This document shows positions 35,041 through 45,105 of a DNA stretch of 64,000 nt, one piece after another. This stretch comes from Balanoglossus misakiensis (lineage: Eukaryota > Animalia > Hemichordata): assembly GCA_040954595.2 (NCBI GenBank), contig CM082578.2, positions 3,206,831 to 3,270,830 of the forward strand, given 5' to 3'. The translations under genes were made by a program, and so were the position numbers. Within the stretch, counting starts at the first letter, position 1. Each line of letters begins with the position of its first letter. The notes below the pieces were generated by a model, which did not search any database, was not told the DNA's origin, and worked only from the letters and a program-made list of their open reading frames with translations.

Positions 35041-38000
35041 TAATAATAATAATAATATATTTTTATACAGCGATTTCCATCAGTAAAAACATCAAACCGC
35101 TTTACAATAAAAAACAACCACTAAACTCATAAAATACAATATTAAAACCGTGAAGATACACTGATAAAATGGCCTACTCGGCATTAAAACTTTATAAAAA
35201 TGTTATTAGAAATAACAAAACAGTGACTAAGTCATGTACTTCTTAAAAAGGTAAGTTTTGAGAGATGTCTTAAATGCAGCAACGGTTGGTGACAATCTAA
35301 TTTCTTTTGGTATAACATTCCAAAGAGTTGGCGCTGCATTAGAAAATGAACGGTAACCAAAGTGTTTCTGCTCCCAGTTCACTGGCTCCAAAGTTGGTGT
35401 GAACGCTGAGCGTGTCAACCGTTTAGGTTCATGAACTGTGATCAGATCAGACTGATAGGCAGGAGCTTGGTTGTGCAATATTTTATAGACAAAAAGAAGA
35501 ATTTTGAAATTGATTCTAGCATGGATAGGCAGCCAGTGTAGCTCCCGTTTCACTGGTGTGATATGCTCATGCCTTTTTGTGCGTGTGACGAGACGTGCAG
35601 CAGAATTTTGAAGTAACTGAAGTTTATGAAGGTGCTTATCTTCGATACCAAATAGCAAACTGTTGCAGTAATCCATGCGTGATGTAACGAAAGCGTGCAC
35701 AAGTCTTTCAGTGTTTGAGCGATCTAAAACATTTCTAATACGTCCAATTCTATGGAGAGCAAATGACGCAGACTGACATAATTTGACAATGTGAGTACTC
35801 ATATCTGCAAAGCGGTTTAAATAAGCACCAAGATCGCGGACGGATCTAGACGTGGTAACATTAGTATTCCCTACTCTGAGAAATGGCAGGTCAACAGATT
35901 TCTTAAATTTTGAACGAAAATGGATCACTTCTGTCTTGGCATCATTTAAAACCAAACGATTTTCAATCATCCATTGACGAATATCATCAATACAATGTTC
36001 AACCATAAATGACGAGTCCGTGGCACGTTCACATATCAAATACAACTGAGTATCGTCAGCAAATAACATAAGATCCAAATCATGTCTAATGATTATATCC
36101 TCTAATGGTGCTGCATACAGTGTAAAAAGTATTGGGCCCAGTCCACTTCCTTGAGGGACGCCACAATCAAGATTACTTGGCTCTGATAATATACCATCAA
36201 TACACACAATCTGTGTTCTATCACATAAGTACGACTCAAACCAAGCAAGTGCCTTGCCCTTAATACCAAACCTATGTTCTAAACGATACAGCAAAACTTT
36301 GTGATTAATAGTGTCAAAAGCTGCTGTCAAATCAAGCAGTGTAAGAATAACTTCTTTATGACTATCAGGAGCACGTAAAATGTCGTTTTGAACTCTCAAT
36401 AAGGCACTTTCCGTGCTATGATGATGTCTATAAGCAGACTGATATTTAGAAACAATGAAAACTGACTAAAATACTCATCAAGTTGAATTAAAACAACTCT
36501 CTCCAGAAATTTATGTTCGAAAACAAGATTATACACCGGCCTATAATTAGATAAAACATTGGAGTCGAGACTGGACTTTTTCAATAAAGGGCGGACTAAA
36601 GCCTGTTTGTACATTTTAGGAACTGTACTCGAATCGAATGAAGTATTAACTATTTTGACTAGATCATGAATTACATTTGGAAGACACAATTTCAAAAGTT
36701 TAGTCGGAATTGGGTCAAGTGCACATGATTTTGAGTTCATGGCATCAATAATTTTAGTAAGACTGGCCATGGTGACAGAAGTGAACTCTCTGAAGGAATA
36801 CGTTGGTACTTCATTGACCTTTTCTAAGGTCAAAGATCTAGGAAATTGCTTCTGAAGCTTGGATATTTTACTTGTAAAGAAATCGGCGAAAGACTGTGCC
36901 TACTTTGCTTTATCATCATGAATGGGTAAAATTGATGCGGAGGATTTCTTTTCGCCTATTAAATCATCAATAATGCTAATTATCATATGCCTATATTCAC
37001 GTGCCCATGGAAAGTCTATGGGGAAAAGCGCCCTCACATCCGACGTGCAGTTTTTTTGCTTATCACGCCCCGGCCCGGTGACCATATTTGGAAGACGCGT
37101 TCAATATCCGGATCTAGTTTTGTGTTTATTGCGCGAGATTCGAAAGTTGTCGTTGCTACGTTCGGAATATTCAGTGACTAGTGCACTTGCAGTTTGTGTA
37201 TGTCCTATGCCGCTACTGAATCCTATCATCTCCCGTAATCGCTGCATGTTGTAGAGCTTTATTTGGAAATATGAATAGTAAAATTGATGATTTGATCTGA
37301 TTAATGTGTGACTGTCGGCGTCGATCGTCGCGAAGGAAAAAATAATGTTTTGCTCGCGCTCGGGTCTGTGAGTTCGAGCGCGTCTATATCTCACGTGCAA
37401 TAGAATGTAAACAAATGACATCGTGCTTATCAATCCGCAAGAACTGGAGGAATGCGCCTCTATGCAACGGGATAGATCATTTCAAAACGATAGATAAACA
37501 CGTAATATTTACATTCCATAATATTACAGAATGTGTATTTTATTAGTTTCTTGTAGATTATCGTTCAATAATGCATATGATAAAACCTTTACGGCCCTGA
37601 TACGGGTTTTGCGGCCCTCGGTCGTACGGCGATTCTCGCCCTCCCTGCGGTCGGGCGCTTCCGCCGTACGACCTCGGGCCGCAAAACCCGTATCAGGGCC
37701 GTAAAGATTAATAGTTTAGTTTGATCAGCTGTTTCAATACGAGTCCTATGATACAATGCAAGTGCTTCATTACAGAGTCTATTATAGTTTTCCCATAAAG
37801 ATCTGTCTATTTACTTCGAGTTGATGTCTTCTCCATTTCCTTTCAACTTGCCGAAGAGTACGTTTTTCTTCACGCAGAGTCTCATCATACCAGGGGCGCG
37901 CGGTTTGTCACGAACGATCTTTACTTTGGCCGGAGCAACAATATCAAATACAGATGACATGTCCGCATGAAAGCACTCAGCCAAATCATCAACTGTGGTA

Positions 38001-39086
38001 CAGTCCGTTATTTTGGCCTTTTGAATACTATTTATGGCCTGACTGAGGTCATCAGAGGTTACAGATGAAATATTACGTGAAATGCGTTTCCTATGGTGTA
38101 CAGATGGACGTGACAGATCAGTAACAAAACTGATTAAAGTATGATCGGATGGGAGAATGTCATTCAGTTGAAATTTCATGACACATGGTTCATTTATACG
38201 AGTAATTACTAAATCCAGTGTGTGCCCCCGTTCATGAGTGGGGCCCCGTACATGTTGTTTAAGACCAAGACTGTCTATCAAGTCAATGAATTGACGGGTA
38301 TCGTTGCGATTTTCATTTTCTACATGGAAGTTGAAGTCCCCTAATAAAATTAAGCGACCTGGTGAAATTACAATACTCTCCATGAATATTGCAAACTCAG
38401 TCATAAAAGTCGACACATTCAAACCATTTTTCCGAGACGGTGGTGGACGGTAAACAATGACAAGATGAACAAGATCACGTGGAAGAGTTATGTAAATATT
38501 CAAGTGTTCAAGTGATCGGAAAGTAGTCTTCATAGTCTTATCCGGCTTGGCCGTAAGGTGTTCACTCATGATGGCTGCTACACCACCTCCCTTCTTGTCC
38601 GACCTTGGGTTTTGATGAACTTTATATCCATAGAGGGCTGAGCGGATTTGAGGGACGGTACACTGATTGGACTTGGCTATCCAGGTTTCAGTCACCACAA
38701 AGACATCAGTCTTGCTTTCAATGATGTGTCCACACACGGTAGCAATTTTGTTGTTGATGGACCTGGCATTCCACAACCCGATTGAAAGGTTCTTACATTG
38801 ATCATAAGATGACGATCTAACAACTTTAGTTAAGTTATCCAGATTTACCAGACGCTGATCACTAGTTGTTGGTTTTGGACGATATCCAATGACAGATCTT
38901 GCGGAGTCGGTCCTTTTAGGAATCACCAGATTACTATAGTTGACACCAGAAGTCGGCATGAAGTTGTCAATTCTCCTGTCAAGCTGACAGTTGGCAAGTC
39001 TATTATGATTGAACAGGTGGTGAGGTGTACGGATAGTTTTGATTGGGCGTTGCTTCAATATACCAGCTGTCTTCTGGATAGATCAT
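35041..39086 (-). mobile_element. L2/Crack-clade LINE 'C' (ORF2 with frameshifts, (ATT)n tail)
   Basis: Endonuclease 37811-39058 (WNARS, VTETW, GDFN, GHTLDL, SDH). RT 35227-36833 (DLTAAFDT, GVPQGS, LFADD, SRMDYCNSLL, LHWLP, FKTSLKTYLF). 3' end gtaaagcggtttga...tataaaaatatattattatta. Interrupted at 36980-37709. Confidence 0.93.
36980..37709. mobile_element. 730 bp non-autonomous insertion with asymmetric inverted repeats and terminal hairpin (Crypton-like)
   Basis: Removing it restores the L2 frame (ADQTKL-F-SIIDDL). 11 bp inverted repeat TTATCATATGC (36980) / GCATATGATAA (37573), followed by a hairpin with 45 bp arms at 37587-37706. At most 1 bp of target overlap. Confidence 0.8.
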
Positions 39087-40090
39087 TGTTAAAAATCCAA
39101 TGGCCAGGACCTCTCCTTTGGTCAAAGTCATCCCTTTCCAAATGCAAGACAATCGCTGAATGGTCAGAACAGACACTTGGAGTAATATTCGCTGCTTTCA
39201 CATCATCATGGAGGTGGTGCGAAATTAACCAAAAATCAATACGTGACTGCATGAAAGGATTCTTTTGTCTAAAGGTGAACCTGGCCTTATCACCATATTT
39301 GGCGCGAAAAATATCAAGAACAGTGATGAGCTGCTCAATTTGTGAAATTACAGAATGTTTCTCAGTGACATACTCAGCCCAGCTCCTGCCACAACATCGA
39401 TCGATAGCTGCAGTTGAAATCTCCACCAATAACAATATTTGCCATCGGCTGTGTACTACATTTGTTTAACAAAATAATCACTTCCCGAGAGAATTCAGCT
39501 TGACAGTGAATATTTGTGGCAGGTGCATATAGGTTGCATAACAAGTAATTGTCACCTTCAAGCATAACATCCAATATAATGTAACGACCGTCATCGACAG
39601 ATTTTGTTTCTTACACAAAATTCAATACTCTTTGAAAACAAAATTGCCGTGCCCTTGCTGTGTACTGAACCACAAGAAAAGAAAATACTCCCCTCTCCCC
39701 ACTGTTGCTGCCATAATAATTCATCCGATTGTTTGCTGTAAGTTTCTTGTAGGAAGTAAACCTGTGACTTTTGTTTTTTTAACCAATTAAAAACTTTCTT
39801 CCGTTTGAGAAAGCCTCTGATTCCATGTGTATTTAAAGAAATGTATTTGACTGTCATAGAATATTAAACTGTACCGTTCTTTTGGTTATGTTTTAGACTT
39901 CTCTTCTTTCCATCGTCGTCACGTAGCTTCTCCTTGCCTCTGGACCAGAATATAGTCTGTTATCAATATACAGTATGTCAACAACCATCCTCACTCGTTT
40001 GTTGTCCCTTTTCGCTGCTTTCATGACTGGGTAGAGTCTTTTCCGCACTTGCCGGATCTCGTCTGAAAAAATCTTCTGATATCCCAAAGT
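39087..40090 (-). mobile_element. Tx1/L1-clade LINE 'A', 5' half (ORF1 tail and endonuclease)
   Basis: ORF1 tail EIRQVRKRLYPVMKAAK..VDILYID (39893-40087). ORF2 start MTVKYISLNTHGIRG..LQETY (39857), then NLYAP, GGDFN, SRIDFWL, SDH and GPGHWIFN, which continues as SSLLDDQ at 29648. Confidence 0.92.
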
Positions 40091-41825
40091 GTGTTCCCCG
40101 CAAATTCCGTGCCGACTTTCTCACCGCTTCTCTATCTTTATAGAAGTTGAACTTTGCTACGATCGGACGAGGCGTAGTGCGTCCATGAATGTGCCGAGTT
40201 TTTTGTGTTTACAACTCAACTGCAGAAAACGCGGAGACAAGTACTGCCATGCAAGGAATATGGATTCCCGTCTATGTTGTGACAGTGCAGTGGACGTGAT
40301 CAAACAAGACTGAAGACTTTTTTCATTGGTCTATAGGTATCACGTGACAACCAGCAAGTTCAGAGTTCAGGGTTCAAAGGTTGAAAGAATCAAATCGTTT
40401 TCGTTTTTTTTTAAATCCGATTCAAAATCACAATTAAATTGTAAATTTCAAAAGAAATCATAATTGAAAACGAAAGAGTAACTGATAATGCGTGCACCTT
40501 ATCAGGCTGCATTCAATATTACATGAGCAAAACAGCTCAGCATTTCACCTTGGTGTTTGCAAATTGTTCCTTTCACCCATATACCAAACCACTGTTCTCC
40601 AAATATGCTGCTCATCATCCACTACACACTGAGAGAGCACCAAGTGTCCTTGACGCTATTTTTATCCAGTTGCCGCTCTTTAGATCAATGTTCTCTCGCT
40701 GGAATGAGGTTTTCAATGAAGTGAACACATTCAATCAAGCGTCGTCCTGATAGGTTTTTTGGAAGTCGCTGTTCTGAACGCGAGCGCTGCGTGCACGCGA
40801 AGGTCGGTTCTCCCGGGAAAATGAAATTAGCTAAGAATTTGCACTGCAAAGACACGGTGTTCCAAATAAGTGTTTTTTCATGACTTACGGAATTGTATAG
40901 TGATGCCTAGAACACATAAACGCCTGAGCGAGTAAGAATTTTTACCCGTTAGAATCTGAATAATGCAAATGTGTTATGCAGATGATGTGAGAGGCGGTGG
41001 AAAATGACAAATTGTCTTTCTAGAATTGCAGCTTTACTTCTGCTGTGGGAAATGTTGGTAAAGATGTATGCTTATGTTGTGGATCTGCCCATGACGTCAC
41101 TGACCCTACCCACCCCTTGGGCGGAAATAGTTTATTCTACCTCTTCCACCTTAGATCAGAGACCAAGCAGCACGCCTTTTACTGACCTCCAAGAGACCCT
41201 TAGAAACCTTTGATTAGTATCCTTTACCCACTAAGGTGAGACATCGGCAATCACAACATTGGCGCTGCGAGCCTGTGTTCGAGCCTAGTGCGGGGAAACG
41301 CTTTTTTTGATACGCGGGGGAGAGAGAGTGGTGTTTCTGTGTGGTCGGAATTCAGCAATTGCGTCCGGGTGCGACGTGGGGTTTTTCTGGGCATAGGAAA
41401 AACGGGATATCGTGGATTGCCGGGGCCAGAAGACACTGGGCAAACTCTCGGGGACCGCGGGGATTGTTTAACGAAGTTTAGGGACGGTACTGGGTAGGTA
41501 CCGGAGTTTCGGAGGTAGTTTGAGTCAATTTTCTGTGTTTTTCCCCACTACCGCGTGGGCGGAAATTCGGCTGCCATCTTGGCATGTAGGGCCTTTTTCC
41601 ATTGTCAGAGGGTCTTCATTCCCAAAACGTGTTTGGGGTAGCGGTCGGCGCATGCGCAGAACTTTTCTCTGTACGCGTAGAAGTTTCTTTTGTGTGGGAG
41701 TGAGCTTTTGTGTGATTGAGATTATTCTTGAAAGGGTTCACTCGTGTAAACCCTACGTGTTGTCTCGAGTGTGAGGGAGAGTGTAGTTTATAATTAGTGT
41801 GTTTAAAGGGCAAATAGATCACATC

Positions 41826-43819
41826 ATGATGGCCTCCAGGGGTCCAGTTTATATCAACACATGTGACCTCATGACCCTTAAGACCTTGCCAGGGGTAGGT
41901 AAAAAGTGGCAAAGGCAATCTTGAAAGCCAGAAATAGATACGGGAGGGTCTCAAAAGAAATTTTAGGGGAAATCCCCCGTCTCAGGCTCACACCTGAATT
42001 TCACGAAATGGTGTCTTATGAAATAAGGGAAGCTGAACTTCCCCCAGTTCCGACCCACTCAAATATCTACAGTAGCAGTAGTGATGAGGACCGGCAAACA
42101 CCGGCCTGCAGAAATACACGCAAAACGGGGAAATTCCAGGGGCCACCGGAAATCCCAGTTTCAGAGCTGGCTAGCAAAAGTGATAAGTCATAATTGGAGT
42201 ATGGGAGGGGGATTAGTACAGGGCCCAAGACAACCCCATTTCCCAGGGGAGGGGAGAAAATGGGCCAACATCGAGAATTGGATAGTGGGGGTTACCCTCC
42301 CACAGCAAGTGAGTACTGCAGGGGGTCAGGTAGAGCCAGCGATGGGGAGGGGGGTCCCGGGCCCAAATCCAGAAGTGCTTTGCGACGTAAGGTCCGTTTC
42401 TCACAAAATGGCCATGAAGGGTCAGACCCAAATGAAGGAGGAGGGAGGGGACCCAGAGACAGGGATAATTTCCACACGACAGAGCAAAGCGGTTACCCAG
42501 GGAATCCGGTTGGAATGTCTCCGCAATATCCACCAGAGAACTTCCCAAGGTATTTTACCCCACCGCCACCATATCCGATGGAGTCCACACTGCTCCCAGC
42601 CAGCCCCTACGAACACGCTGATTGGCGATTTCCCACTGAAAACCGTGGTGGCGCCCCTCCAGTACCGGGGACCCCCTATCCCACGTACTACGGCCCACCA
42701 TCTCAAATGGGAAGCAGCCCTAGCCCATACGCCCCCGCCAATGCCACCTGGACTCCGTCGTATGGGAACGTGCCGCAAAACCACCCTTATGGTGAATCTT
42801 CGTTCACAGGCATGAGGCAAGGTGGGGGCAGGGAAGGGCCCGCCTTCGGCTCGAGGATGTTTAATATGCCCAAAACTTTAGTTTACACTGAGGAGAGAAA
42901 ATGGAGCGTGTTTTTTGATAAATTCACCAGTTATGCGGGTGCCCAGGGATGGACAGAAAGTGAACGCAAATGTTGCTTGTGCTTTTGTTTAGACGGCGAC
43001 GCCAGCGAATTTAACTCGATACTGCTCAGGCACGAGCAAAATATCAGCTACCAGCGGCTGGTCAGTAAGCTAGACAAGCGTTTTGGGCGCCAAGAACTAC
43101 CAGAGACCGCGCAGATGAGATTTCAGCAGTCCCATCAAAAAGAAGGGGAGTCACTCGAAAAATGGGCCGATCGAATCCTGTCCCTCGCGACAAACGCTTT
43201 CCCCTAACTGACGGAGCGCGCTATGGACCGTCAGGCAATAATGAAGTTTTGTCACGGATGCTCCGATCGCGAGGCAGGGCTTTACGTTGCTAACCAACGC
43301 GCATCCTCCGTGGAAGAGGCCATAGCCCAAATACGTTGGTTCCAATATAACAATCGCGAGATCTTTGGCCACCGAACCTCACGCAGGGAAGTAAAACGAG
43401 TAACATCTGAGACAGATAGCGACGACGAGTTCATACGCGTGCGATCAGCCACTCGGGAGCGACCCCCCAGAGATCGGGATTTATCACCCACCGACAGCGG
43501 AACAGGCTCGCGGGAGAGGTTTCGAACCCCACGTAACCTGAGTCCCAGTCCCGGGATAAATACCCTTAACGAACGAATGACTGAAATGGCCAAAACTTTA
43601 GAGAGTTTGAGAAAGACAGTGGTTGCCCTATCCTCACGCGAGGCAGGCCGGTCTCGGTCACCCTCCCCTAGGGGACGGGAATGCTTTAACTGTGGGGAAC
43701 CTGGACACTTCTGTAGGGAATGCCCCAAGGGAAGGGAAAGAGTGACCTCAGATTCCGGGGAGAAACGGGTAACATTCGCTGAGCATTTAAACGGGAAAGG
43801 GTCAGACCAGAGGGCCTAA
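41826..43819 (+). pseudogene. gag: Gag with N-terminal ComEA-like helix-hairpin-helix domain and C-terminal CCHC knuckle
   Basis: MMASRGPVYINTCDLMTLKTLPGVGK/VAKAILKARNRYG (1 nt lost in A-run 41901-41905), Pro-rich linker, capsid-like KWSVFFDKF..AGAQGW..LDKRFG..QKEGESLEKWADRI, and CFNCGEPGHFCREC. Two in-frame stops at 42191-42193 and 43205-43207. Confidence 0.85.
43786..43792 (+). other. Putative -1 ribosomal frameshift slippery site T TTA AAC (gag-pro junction)
   Basis: Fits the X XXY YYZ pattern in the gag frame; the -1 frame stays open from here into the protease ORF (43822 onward). Confidence 0.7.
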
Positions 43820-44585
43820 GTTTGACCCAGGAGCCACCAAAGGGCCCAATACTCAGAAGAAATGATCCCAAAGTGAAGGGGGGAGGAAATGGAATTGGCA
43901 GGGTGACAACACACACTGACACCAAGGGTTGTGCCAAAATCCAGGAAGGGGGGTCAGTGTGTCAGGCCACTTTAGATACCCACACTGACAATACATTGCA
44001 AGGGCACGGGTTCTATCTACACCCTAGGGATGCACGAACCGACGAACAGTACAACTCGTCGGGGGAGTCTTTGGACGAACAGGAGTATGATTCCCCGGAC
44101 ACTGATGAATCCACAGCAAATGAACCCCCCAGCGGTGATGACACCCAGCCCATAACTATATGTCAGTTAGTGTCAGGGTCTATGTACAGTGTGCCCATTT
44201 TAGTTGAAGGGATTAAAGTACAGGCAGTAGTAGACACGGCAGCAGAAGTCACCATCATTTCAGACCGTCTCTATAGCCGTCTTGGGAACCGCCCCCAGTC
44301 CTCAAAACCTCCATCATGCAAACTGCAGGGCGTGAAATGGAAATGAAAGCCAATAAAGTAGGTCCCTAGCGCCTGAAGTTGGGAAGGACCAAATTCACAG
44401 AGGATGTGTATGTAGCGCAGATAGGAGATGACATGTTGCTAGGGGCAGACTTTATGCGGAGAAGGAGAGTGATTCTAGATATGCGAAGAAATCAGTTGCG
44501 GTTTGGGGGTGAAAGTGTACACATGACATATGGTCGGCAAGGGACGAAAGGGAAAGTGGCAAAGGTTACATTGCCCAGACGACTG
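43789..44585 (+). pseudogene. Retropepsin (aspartic protease) region of pol, frameshifted and truncated
   Basis: AVVDTAAEVTII catalytic motif, then DDMLLGADFM..VILD after a frameshift near 44295. Similarity ends at VAKVTLPRR with no RT motifs following. Confidence 0.85.
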
Positions 44586-44741
44586 ATCCTAAGGCTCCTC
44601 ACGCTCCTGGTGGACCTGTCGCCGGCGGAGAGAGAAACCATCAAGAATTGGCCCCGAGGGAAACAGCCCCAAGCAAGCGCCGGAAGCCCAGAAGTGAGAC
44701 GACCAAGTGCGGCCTCACCAGCCAGGGGGCTATCCCAGGCT

Positions 44742-45105
44742 ATAGACGCCCACTTCCACCCGGACCACATGAGAGCCCAGGCTCACCGAAGCGAAGGTGT
44801 CACCACTTCCTGCTTAGGGAGCAGGGGTGGAAAGTGGCGGTCGGGCTTCACCCCAAAAAGGTAAAGAAACTGACAAGGGAGCTGATGCAGTAGATTCGTG
44901 GACTGGTAACTAATCCCCTGGTTCCGGCCATGGGCGAGATAGGCCTTGACAGAACCGTGCCCGTCCACGAATGGGGCCAACAGGAGGAAGCCCTCCGACA
45001 GCTGTTGGAAGAGGCACCAGAAGATAAGCCAGTAATACTCCACATCAGAGGCGCGAGGAAGGATCCACCCGCCAGTGATGTCCATGCCCTGGCCCTGATG
45101 TTGGT
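44742..45105 (+). pseudogene. TatD-family nuclease remnant inside the LTR element
   Basis: Ordered TatD motifs IDAHFHPD (HxH), VAVGLHP, AMGEIGLD, QEEALRQLL, KPVILHIRG. One frameshift/deletion after HxH and one TAG at 44891-44893. The later His and ETD motifs are missing. Confidence 0.8.

Noticed and set aside
42081-43937. Overlapping alternative-frame and antisense ORFs in the gag region
   Set aside because: Expected in GC-rich gag sequence; no motifs.
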